This document shows, one piece after another, positions 38,153 to 46,161 of a stretch of 64,000 nucleotides of DNA. The notes under the pieces were generated by a model that saw only the letters and a program-made list of their open reading frames with translations, was not told the DNA's origin and did not search any database. Positions within the stretch are counted from its first letter, which is position 1. Each line of letters opens with the position of its first letter. The stretch is from the sequence record KX397371.1; one strand, written 5' to 3'. Made by a program: the position numbers and the translations under genes.

Positions 38153-38438
38153 CATCAATCGTTCTGTCGCGCGTTCTAAAGAAGTGGTTTACGATGTGGT
38201 CTCTGGTGAAAAGACCCTGTTCCGTGCGGTGATTGTCGAGAACAACGAACTGCTCGTGGTCTATCCGGGTGGCGAGTTCTCTAAAGCGGAAAAGGTGGCA
38301 CTGGATAAACTCATCACCAAAGCGAAACACCGCGACGGGATTTCTATCCACCGTGTGGTTAATGGTCGTGAGTTAGTGGAGAATGGCAAAGACTTAGAAG
38401 TGCGTCCCGTGAGCACGCAAGTCAACGCCTTTGTATGA
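38142..38438 (+). CDS. Hypothetical protein
   Basis: AAGGAG RBS before ATG 38142. Confidence 0.75.
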   Translation: MQTSINRSVARSKEVVYDVVSGEKTLFRAVIVENNELLVVYPGGEFSKAEKVALDKLITKAKHRDGISIHRVVNGRELVENGKDLEVRPVSTQVNAFV

Positions 38439-38465
38439 CACCACTAACGTTATAGAGGAATCGCA

Positions 38466-38966
38466 ATGGATGTTATCGATTTCGAACAGCTTCCACAGCA
38501 CGACTTCGACCTCGGCGTCCGTGACATGGATTGCGGCTTCGAAGAAAAGGCGCGTGCGCTGTTCCAGAAATACGGCGAACTGATTATGGGTACCGACCAT
38601 CCAGACATCACACTGGATGAGTTCGAGAAACTGATCGTTGGTCTCATCACGACCCGCGCACAGGACAGAGCGTTGCTGAACGAGTTGAACTTTACCACCG
38701 TGTCCCCCGCGGATGCTGCCGGTATCCTGTCGCAGTCCATCGTGCCGAACGATGAGATTCTCGACAAGGTTGCTGAGCTACGTGGCCCGTTCGACACAGC
38801 GGTAGAAGACTACGCGCAGCAGTTAGCGGAATCGGAATACGCGATGGTCGCCCCTGAGGGTGAGCAGCTGCCGTCTGATGAGCAAACTGAAACTGCCCGT
38901 CTGCGTCTTGCGCGATATGTCATTACCAGCGTGCTGGTTGATGACCGTGAAGATTGTCAGCTCTAA
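38466..38966 (+). CDS. Highly acidic hypothetical protein
   Basis: About 35 D/E versus about 13 K/R by hand count; GAGG RBS; terminator at 38974-38993. Confidence 0.8.
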   Translation: MDVIDFEQLPQHDFDLGVRDMDCGFEEKARALFQKYGELIMGTDHPDITLDEFEKLIVGLITTRAQDRALLNELNFTTVSPADAAGILSQSIVPNDEILDKVAELRGPFDTAVEDYAQQLAESEYAMVAPEGEQLPSDEQTETARLRLARYVITSVLVDDREDCQL

Positions 38967-39064
38967 TGAAATGACCTCACCTTCGGGTGGGGTTTATTTT
39001 TTTTGCCTTTTTACAGAATAGCACCTATCTATGTCAAACCAAATAACCCTGAGGATTAAAAGCA

Positions 39065-39400
39065 ATGTGGCTTAGCGCAATTCACCGTGATTTACCAAAA
39101 ATCGTTGACTTCGGTACCAGCGTGACTGGCGACCCGAATGTCGAACCGGTACAAATCGATGTGGGTCTGGCGAAGTTCGACCGCATGGAAGAAGGTCAGT
39201 TCGTGGTTCTCGATGCTGAAGAGAACGAATACATGCTGTTCCACCCGGAAGTGGATGTCGCGGGCATCGTTGACGGTGTGTGGTTAGCATCGTGGCACGA
39301 TAAGTCCACGGACAAGTGGATGTGGGCGCTGGCAAAACAAGTCGGTGATAATTCATTCGTTCTGGATACCAAGCACCATGTTGAGCCCGTCCCTCATTGA
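39065..39400 (+). CDS. Hypothetical acidic protein
   Basis: GAGGA RBS, 111 aa. Confidence 0.75.
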   Translation: MWLSAIHRDLPKIVDFGTSVTGDPNVEPVQIDVGLAKFDRMEEGQFVVLDAEENEYMLFHPEVDVAGIVDGVWLASWHDKSTDKWMWALAKQVGDNSFVLDTKHHVEPVPH

Positions 39401-39704
39401 TGTCCGCGATGAGCTGTCGACGAATGATTACCTCATTCGGATGCAGTCCGCGTTTCAAAAGCCGTTAGGTGGCCCACCGGAAGCACGTCAGGTGTACGCA
39501 CAGGTCATCGGGGTGGATAACAAAGAGGTTCACTTCACGAACCTTGAAACCAAACTCGACTTCACCATGCCCCTGAACGTGTTTCTGTTTGTGCCTGCTC
39601 TCGGTTTGCCAGTTGAGATTAGTCGCGTGCATCACCGCATCTTCTGTTGGCCTGATGTCCACAAAGAGAACAGCGATCCTACCCAGCTGCAAATTCGCCT
39701 GTAA
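39378..39704 (+). CDS. Hypothetical protein
   Basis: Overlapping start, fills the gap before the promoter motif; start uncertain. Confidence 0.6.
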   Translation: MLSPSLIDVRDELSTNDYLIRMQSAFQKPLGGPPEARQVYAQVIGVDNKEVHFTNLETKLDFTMPLNVFLFVPALGLPVEISRVHHRIFCWPDVHKENSDPTQLQIRL

Positions 39705-39715
39705 CGTATTACTTT

Positions 39716-39740
39716 TCAGATAGATATTATCTAGGGGAGA
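39716..39740 (+). promoter_or_regulatory. Putative early promoter
   Basis: TCAGATAGATATTATCTAGGGGAGA. Confidence 0.75.
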
Positions 39741-39783
39741 AGATTGTTTTCTCCCTCACATTTTAATCTATAAGGAGTATCTC

Positions 39784-40368
39784 ATGTACAATTACGTTGT
39801 GTTGGGCCGCAAAGGTAGCATCGTCAGATTCGTCTTTAAATCTGACCCACCTGCCAAGCCGCGCGCGTTGGATTTAGCGGGCTTCGATTATAAAGGCATC
39901 CGCAAAGGTGTACAGCTGGACTTCAACGGTGACGTGAAGCCGGAGAACCTTTTGTATTCTGGCGATGTGAAGCCAAGAAAGCTTGTCGCCATCGGTGGAA
40001 AGAAACCCGCGAAGGCTGCAAAAGAAAGCAAAAAGGCACCGAAGGCTGAACCGACTTTCATCGTTGTTAAACGTGTGAAGCAGGTCATCGAATATAAGAT
40101 CTGCGGGGACGAGTCTGCGGAACCGTTAAACGAGACTCTGAAGATTAGTCTCGCCGGTTACGACTACAGAAAGCTGCGTAAGGACATGACCTTCCAGTTT
40201 GAAGGCGGTAAGATTGCTGCGGAGAATATTCGCTACTGGCCGTTCCGCGGTACTTCAAATAAGCTGCCGTTGCCGAAGCTTGAAGAAGTTGCACCTAAAG
40301 CGAAATCCGCAGCGGTGTCCAAGCGCGGTGCCACACCAAACGTGTCTATCCTGCGTAAGCACTTCTAA
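39784..40368 (+). CDS. Basic early protein with two internal repeat domains
   Basis: LDLAGFDYKGIRKGVQLDF...ENLLY versus ISLAGYDYRKLRKDMTFQF...ENIRY; Lys/Ala linkers. Confidence 0.8.
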   Translation: MYNYVVLGRKGSIVRFVFKSDPPAKPRALDLAGFDYKGIRKGVQLDFNGDVKPENLLYSGDVKPRKLVAIGGKKPAKAAKESKKAPKAEPTFIVVKRVKQVIEYKICGDESAEPLNETLKISLAGYDYRKLRKDMTFQFEGGKIAAENIRYWPFRGTSNKLPLPKLEEVAPKAKSAAVSKRGATPNVSILRKHF

Positions 40369-40375
40369 TCAGTAC

Positions 40376-40399
40376 GTCCTACTCCTTCGGGAGTAGGAC
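40376..40399 (+). terminator. Intrinsic terminator
   Basis: GTCCTACTCC-TTCG-GGAGTAGGAC plus T tract. Confidence 0.85.
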
Positions 40400-40423
40400 T
40401 GTTTTATTTTTTAAGGACTGTCG

Positions 40424-40951
40424 ATGACTACTTTTATTGCGGGCAAGAACTACCTCGCCGCAGACCGTGCGGTAATGAAAAACCGAATGGTATTTGAAGA
40501 TGCGAAGATTCGCACTATCAAAGGACGCATCGCGTACTTCTTTGGTTCAGAGCATCCCACACCAGACGAACGCAAGTTGCTGGAAAAGAACATCTACGAT
40601 TACATCTTCGGTAAGCAGAAAGCCCACGAGGCAGCAGAGTTGTGGTTGCTGCACTTCATGGAAAGCAATACGCTGGTTGTGATGACCCGCAAGAAGACGC
40701 TGACCTTCAGTGCTATCTCACGGCTTGCTGCGTGGTCGCCGGAGCTGGGTGCCCCAACACGCCACACAGGACTTACCGTAACCGAAGACCTGCTTGAAAC
40801 ACCCGTCGTTTATGGCTCGGGTGCAGAGTTGGCACGGGCAGGATGGGCATGTGGATTACAGCCTGAGAACATCATTCTCATGGTACAGAAAATAGACCCG
40901 ATGTCAGGGCATGGCTGCGATGTGGTTTACAGAGAGGGCTTGCGAAAATGA
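40424..40951 (+). CDS. HslV/proteasome-beta-like Ntn (Thr) peptidase
   Basis: Met-Thr-Thr start, LAAD, DAKI, VYGSG, IDPMSG: Thr1/Asp17/Lys33/Ser129-type pattern. Confidence 0.7.
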   Translation: MTTFIAGKNYLAADRAVMKNRMVFEDAKIRTIKGRIAYFFGSEHPTPDERKLLEKNIYDYIFGKQKAHEAAELWLLHFMESNTLVVMTRKKTLTFSAISRLAAWSPELGAPTRHTGLTVTEDLLETPVVYGSGAELARAGWACGLQPENIILMVQKIDPMSGHGCDVVYREGLRK

Positions 40952-41496
40952 GTACCGTTTCTATTGCTGGTTTCGTTGTGAATGGTGTGGTCTACGTCAA
41001 CACCGCTGTTCAATCCATGCACCTGATGGCACCGTACAACCCTGAGGCGGGTTTCGATAAACTCGGATGGTGGTTCCCGAACGATGGGCAGGATAAAATT
41101 AGTGACATCTTGGTTAATGGGGATGACTGCGAACGCCATGAGGACATTACCTACTCCGGTAGTGTGCTGCGTCACGATGGGCGATTCTACGACGTTAAAT
41201 TAGCTGGGCCAAACTACCGATTAATTTTCCTCCATCAACTGACCCCCGTGATGGTCTTTCCAGCCGACACGGAATCATCGTTTGTGGCGACCTTTATCGA
41301 GCACTTGTCCTTGCACCCCGACTTGGACACCGAAGGGCCTGGGTGGAGCGCAGAGCGTATCATGAAGATACTGTCGTGCTTCGCAGGCTGTCACAACTTC
41401 AAACCTTTCATGACTCTGGATGAACTCAAAGCCAAAGTCCAAGCTATGCCGGAATGTAAATTAGCGCCATTCCCCCGCCAAAGAAAACCGGAGTAG
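40948..41496 (+). CDS. Hypothetical protein (possible degenerate Ntn-fold partner)
   Basis: ATGA-coupled to the peptidase; N-terminal STVSIAGFVVNGVVYV beta-hairpin pattern only. Confidence 0.6.
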   Translation: MSTVSIAGFVVNGVVYVNTAVQSMHLMAPYNPEAGFDKLGWWFPNDGQDKISDILVNGDDCERHEDITYSGSVLRHDGRFYDVKLAGPNYRLIFLHQLTPVMVFPADTESSFVATFIEHLSLHPDLDTEGPGWSAERIMKILSCFAGCHNFKPFMTLDELKAKVQAMPECKLAPFPRQRKPE

Positions 41497-41557
41497 GAAC
41501 GCGCGGATTTATAACAGCAGCATCCCTTTTAATGACAAACACAAGAGGATTATCAAC

Positions 41558-42169
41558 ATGCAATCTGTAGCCCATGCTTTATCTCCAGTCGCTTTTCCAC
41601 AGTTCACCGGGCTGCAAGTCTACATGTTGCAAGCCACAGCGGGAACCCTCGCCGATGTAGCGCCCGAAGGTTATCGTGACCTCGTTAGCAACATGCTGAA
41701 AGATGGTAACATTCCTGCGGACACACAGGTCTGGCTGACGGTTGATGAGTCGAACGTCAAAGCCGGTAAGAAGCAACGTCGTGGTGGTGCACACATCGAT
41801 GGCAACTACGACCTCTTCGCAAGTGACTGGTGCACCGGTAGTTCTGGCTGGTTAAACGGGGTGCCGGGACGTGAACTGACGCTTGAAGAACACCATCGTA
41901 GTTATCAGGAGTTCGGTGGTGGGATGCTGATTGCCTCCAACCATGCAGCCTGTCAGGTGTGGGAAGGGGAAGTGAACGGTATTCCGGGCCAAGGTGGCGA
42001 CTGTGAGCATCTTCGTGACCAACTGGAAATGCTCCCGACCTATCTGATGGAAAGCAACCGAGCGTACCTGACGAACTCGCAGTGTGTGCACGAGTCGTTA
42101 CCATTAAAAGTTGACTTTCCACGTCAGCTTGTGCGCATCACTCTGTCCGAGCAGTACAAATTTAATTAA
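41558..42169 (+). CDS. 2OG-Fe(II) oxygenase-like protein
   Basis: RRGGAHIDG (HxD), distal CVHES, and RQLVRITL. Confidence 0.6.
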   Translation: MQSVAHALSPVAFPQFTGLQVYMLQATAGTLADVAPEGYRDLVSNMLKDGNIPADTQVWLTVDESNVKAGKKQRRGGAHIDGNYDLFASDWCTGSSGWLNGVPGRELTLEEHHRSYQEFGGGMLIASNHAACQVWEGEVNGIPGQGGDCEHLRDQLEMLPTYLMESNRAYLTNSQCVHESLPLKVDFPRQLVRITLSEQYKFN

Positions 42170-42195
42170 TCTAAAACCACAAAGAGAATCAGAAT

Positions 42196-42858
42196 ATGGC
42201 GAAGCAAAAGAAAACCCGTAACAAAAAATATAACCCACAGCAAGCCCATGCAGAAACAGCCCGTATGGTGGTGCAAAACTCATTAGCCCGCATTTCCTTT
42301 ATCGGTGCATCTAACCGCCGCATTCAACCCTACGGTGGTCGCGGCTTCCAATTCACCGTCAATCGCCCGGTACGGGTAACGGTCAGTGCAGCATTGGCTG
42401 AAACACTGTTCGAAGACCCACGGACATGGTCGGTGTGGATGGCGCATTATGCCGTTAATGCGGAAGGTGTCGTGGATGTGGAGTCTGGTGTTCTTCGCTT
42501 AGACGAATATACGTTGACTGACTTCACGGAAAACGTGGACAAGTTAGTGGAGCACATGAAACCTGAACGCATGATGGATAACCCGGAATACGTGGGCTAT
42601 GCATTCTTTGCTTCACCAAATGAGCGTTACGATTTCACGCATGACACCACGGACGAACGTCTGATTGAAAACTTCATGGCGTCGGGTGTGCTGGAGAAGG
42701 AGAATCATCTTTCACAACACGTTCTGAATGTTACCAAGGAAGAACTTATCATCATGCTCATGGCGGACCATGCCAAGTTTGATACCAACATCAGTATTCA
42801 CCATCGCGGCGAGGGGGATGATTACCACGTCGCAAATAAGCAAGTTATCGGAGAGTAA
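42196..42858 (+). CDS. Hypothetical protein
   Basis: 220 aa, basic N-terminus KKTRNKKYNP. Confidence 0.75.
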   Translation: MAKQKKTRNKKYNPQQAHAETARMVVQNSLARISFIGASNRRIQPYGGRGFQFTVNRPVRVTVSAALAETLFEDPRTWSVWMAHYAVNAEGVVDVESGVLRLDEYTLTDFTENVDKLVEHMKPERMMDNPEYVGYAFFASPNERYDFTHDTTDERLIENFMASGVLEKENHLSQHVLNVTKEELIIMLMADHAKFDTNISIHHRGEGDDYHVANKQVIGE

Positions 42859-42861
42859 GAA

Positions 42862-43428
42862 ATGAAGTTCTGGGAGCGTTTTTGTCGCTTGTTTAAAGAT
42901 GTCCCTGAGGCCCAGTCTGACGGTGACCGTTATACCCAAATCGTGCGTGACTACTTCAATGCAGGTAATCACAACGTCGTGGAACTCTGTGATGCTATTG
43001 GCATGACACCACGCTCACTGTACTTTGCGGTTAACGACGACAACGTACGGGCTAACATTCTGCCCCGCCTCCCTGAAAAGATGCGGATGGAATTGCGTGA
43101 TGAACTGACCGCGCGTGCGTTCAGTCGTCAGGCCGTCTCGTTAATTCGTCCGAGCACCGCGAAGTACGATTTCGAAAACCTCAATGAGTTAATGGCACAC
43201 GTACACCAGTTGTTCGAAACCTACCGCCTCGAACGTGGCGAGAAAGTGGACACCTTTATTAAGGCGTACATCCACTCCCTTACACCACGTACCGTGCGTA
43301 TCGCCTTCGTAGGCGGCGGTCACGAATTCAATGTGGGTATCATTGAAGGTATTAACGTTGTGCAGCAAAACCTGCTTATGGTGAATTATGGAAAACTTAA
43401 CGCCCGTGGAAATCGTCAATGTTTTTAA
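42862..43428 (+). CDS. Hypothetical protein
   Basis: 188 aa; 41-nt overlap with hslU. Confidence 0.75.
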   Translation: MKFWERFCRLFKDVPEAQSDGDRYTQIVRDYFNAGNHNVVELCDAIGMTPRSLYFAVNDDNVRANILPRLPEKMRMELRDELTARAFSRQAVSLIRPSTAKYDFENLNELMAHVHQLFETYRLERGEKVDTFIKAYIHSLTPRTVRIAFVGGGHEFNVGIIEGINVVQQNLLMVNYGKLNARGNRQCF

Positions 43429-45124
43429 CCGTTATGTCCACGGTCAAGAACTGGCAAAAAAGATGTTGGCGATTGCGCTGCGTAACCGCGTACGGGTAGC
43501 ACTGCTACCCCTCGGTGAACGTGACAGTGTTCGCAAACAGAATCTGTTGTTACTGGGGCCAACTGGCTGCGGTAAAACTGCGTTGATGCGTGTATTGAAG
43601 ACGCAGTTTGGTTTACCCGTGTTAGAGCTGGACATGACAGGCTTTTCTGAGACGGGCTACGTGGGGCGTAATCTCAATACCGTGGGGACGGACTTACAAA
43701 CCCTCACGCGTTCAATCGCTTTGCCAGACTGGTACGTAGAAATGCGCACCGGGATGCAACTCGAAAAAGACGAGCAGCGCTATACCCGTGAAGAACTCAA
43801 AGCGTTAGAAGAAAAAGAGTACGAAGTGGAAAGCGCCGCACGACAGGCGGAATGGGATGCAGGACGTGATGCTAAAAAGCAACACGAACAAACGCTGAAA
43901 GATTTAGGCGTGTTCCCGGACGACGATACCTACAATCATTATCGCATGGTCTATTACATGCGTGCGTTTTTAGTGGGCTATCATGCGTTAAAGAACCTGC
44001 CGTATGACGTCATTGATTTCGCGGACATCGAAATGATTCATGGGCAGAAGCTCATTGATGTCGCGAAGACTGTGGTTGGTCTTGTCGAGAAGATGGCTGG
44101 CAGACCGATCAACAGTATCGATGATCTCAATGAAGATCTCAGCGAGCGCACCGATGAGATGATGGAGAACAATCCTGCCTTGTTGGGTGAGTTCATGGGA
44201 CTGATGGCCTACAACGAAGTGTTGGAAACCATTATGGAACTTGGCACCGATCGCCTCAGCAGTAACCCGGTGGCGGCCTGTGTCTCCTCCAGCGATTGGT
44301 ACGACGTCGCGCACTCTTTCGATGAAGCGGATGAACAGGATATCCCGCCAGGCATTGCTTGGCGTCCGATGGACTTCACGGAGTTTGCGCTCTACATCTG
44401 TGTGATGTTGGTGCGTGACCCGGAAGGTCTGGAGGAAGTCTTCGAAGACTGTGATGACTTCACCCGCTTCGCCGACAAGAAACTTTGGAGCTACACCGTC
44501 CCTAAACCGGAAGTGGTGCAGCCTAAAGGGAAGCGTAATGTGTTGTCGAAGAAAGACCTCGACAAGGTGGCGAACTGTAATGGTCGCGACTTCGTGGAGA
44601 ACTTCGGGGTGGTGTTCTTAGATGAGATTGACAAACTCATTGAAACGGATACCACGGGAAGGACACACGTCTCCCGCAGCGGTGTACAGCGCAGTCTGCT
44701 CAAGATGGTAGAAGGCGGCTTGTACGCCGGGATTGACACCACGAACATTCTGTTTGTCGGTGCCGGTTCTTTCGCGGAAGCTCCGGTGACCAAACTGATG
44801 CCGGAACTGCAAGGGCGCTTTACGTTGCGTGCTGAACTGGAACCGCTTGACAAAGAAGCACTGGTTGCAATTTGTCGAATGGACAGCAGTGAGTTCCATG
44901 CGATGGTTCGTCTCTTGCGAATCGAAGGAGTGAAAGTCAATTACGACCTTGACACCTTTGAGTACATTGCAGAGAAAACCGTTGAAGCGAACTCGGTAGA
45001 TAACCTCGGCGCACGGCGCTTAGCCGCGATTGTCGAAGCGTTGTTCCAAGATGCGTTGTACGAACCCAACAAGTACGTGGAGAAAGGTTACGACCTGTCA
45101 GGGAAAACCCTAAGGAAGAAATGA
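43388..45124 (+). CDS. hslU: HslU-like AAA+ unfoldase with expanded I-domain
   Basis: LNRYVHGQELAKK-type N-terminus, GPTGCGKT, GYVG pore loop, VFLDEIDK, GVQRSLL, ELQGRF, NLGARRL. Confidence 0.9.
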   Translation: MENLTPVEIVNVFNRYVHGQELAKKMLAIALRNRVRVALLPLGERDSVRKQNLLLLGPTGCGKTALMRVLKTQFGLPVLELDMTGFSETGYVGRNLNTVGTDLQTLTRSIALPDWYVEMRTGMQLEKDEQRYTREELKALEEKEYEVESAARQAEWDAGRDAKKQHEQTLKDLGVFPDDDTYNHYRMVYYMRAFLVGYHALKNLPYDVIDFADIEMIHGQKLIDVAKTVVGLVEKMAGRPINSIDDLNEDLSERTDEMMENNPALLGEFMGLMAYNEVLETIMELGTDRLSSNPVAACVSSSDWYDVAHSFDEADEQDIPPGIAWRPMDFTEFALYICVMLVRDPEGLEEVFEDCDDFTRFADKKLWSYTVPKPEVVQPKGKRNVLSKKDLDKVANCNGRDFVENFGVVFLDEIDKLIETDTTGRTHVSRSGVQRSLLKMVEGGLYAGIDTTNILFVGAGSFAEAPVTKLMPELQGRFTLRAELEPLDKEALVAICRMDSSEFHAMVRLLRIEGVKVNYDLDTFEYIAEKTVEANSVDNLGARRLAAIVEALFQDALYEPNKYVEKGYDLSGKTLRKK

Positions 45125-45321
45125 TGCTTGCGTCTATCGTAGCAATTATCGTTGGCTTTTTGATGCTCAGTGTGTTGGGTATCTCGATTGCCAAGGTTTC
45201 TATACGGTATCACTGGCCGTGGTGGATCATGCTAGTAGTAGCGCTGGCACTCGGCGGTATTCTCGGCAACGTTTACTTTAACTTCGTTATTGTACCACTT
45301 TATCAAAATATCGGAAATTGA
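45121..45321 (+). CDS. Small two-TM membrane protein
   Basis: 66 aa, two hydrophobic helices, coupled to hslU. Confidence 0.7.
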   Translation: MMLASIVAIIVGFLMLSVLGISIAKVSIRYHWPWWIMLVVALALGGILGNVYFNFVIVPLYQNIGN

Positions 45322-45325
45322 GAAC

Positions 45326-45799
45326 ATGGAAAAGAAAACTGAACGTAACTTGATTGAAATCACAGGCAAGGGCGAAGACAACAACGGCAAGTTCTATTCC
45401 GTCGTGTTGTTAGACCAGTCCAAGATGAACGCTAATGGTCGTCAGTATAACGGCGATCTTGCGCATCTGGTGCGCGGTATCAAACGCATGCCGCGACTGT
45501 TCTGTGAAGTTGACCCGTATCACGATTACCGCTTCCAGTTCCCGGTAACCGATGACCGTTCTGTTTCTGGACCATGTACGGTCGACATGAAAAACGTTTG
45601 TGCATCTATCGAGAACATCCGTCACGATAAGATGAACCAGCGTGTGTCGGCTGAGCTGCGTCCGTGGGGCCCGCAGGCTTCGATGGTGCGTGATCTGTTG
45701 GACGGGGTCAACCAGAACGTGACCTTCGGGATGCGTGCGTTAGCAACCCCTGATGGCAAGATTGATAAAGTCATCACATGGGATTTGTTACCAGAATGA
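45326..45799 (+). CDS. Short paralogue of the phiKZ gp175 / T4 gp21-type prohead protease, catalytic residues apparently lost
   Basis: NANGRQY, LFCEVDP, VDMKNVCASI, LRPWGPQA, NVTFGMRA and VITWD follow the family motif order, without His and Ser at the catalytic positions. Confidence 0.7.
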   Translation: MEKKTERNLIEITGKGEDNNGKFYSVVLLDQSKMNANGRQYNGDLAHLVRGIKRMPRLFCEVDPYHDYRFQFPVTDDRSVSGPCTVDMKNVCASIENIRHDKMNQRVSAELRPWGPQASMVRDLLDGVNQNVTFGMRALATPDGKIDKVITWDLLPE

Positions 45800-45830
45800 A
45801 TATCGCCGAACTGTTCTAATGAAAAAAAGC

Positions 45831-45853
45831 TCAGATAGATATTATCTTGATGA
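45831..45853 (+). promoter_or_regulatory. Putative early promoter
   Basis: TCAGATAGATATTATCTTGATGA, flanked by an AAGCTCA/TGAGCTT inverted repeat. Confidence 0.7.
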
Positions 45854-45924
45854 GCTTTCCATTATTAGTTCCAAGGAAGGTGCGTTTTACAATTACAATA
45901 AATTAAAATAATAAGGAGTCCGTC

Positions 45925-46101
45925 ATGGATAAAATTTATATCGTTACAGCAATCCTCTTTACCATCGCCTGCTTACTCAGCTGGCGTGTATCATCTAACA
46001 TGAAACGTCGTAAGTGTCCACCGGGTGCTATCGCGTTTGGTGTTCAAGCCTGTGTTTATGGTTTTGTGGCCATCTACACCGGCGTGAAGTATTTCATCTA
46101 G
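45925..46101 (+). CDS. Small two-TM membrane protein, 58 aa (MDKIYIVTAILF...), absent from ORF track
   Basis: TAAGGAG RBS, in-frame TAG 46099-46101, terminator at 46111-46132. Confidence 0.8.
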   Translation: MDKIYIVTAILFTIACLLSWRVSSNMKRRKCPPGAIAFGVQACVYGFVAIYTGVKYFI

Positions 46102-46161
46102 CAGTAAAAAAAGGGGCACGGAAGTGTCCTTTTTCTTTTTTCGTAAAATAAGGAGTATCAA

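Noticed and set aside
45806-45820. 15-nt match CCGAACTGTTCTAAT also at 53326-53340
   Set aside because: One or two 15-mers are expected by chance in 64 kb, and the match does not extend.
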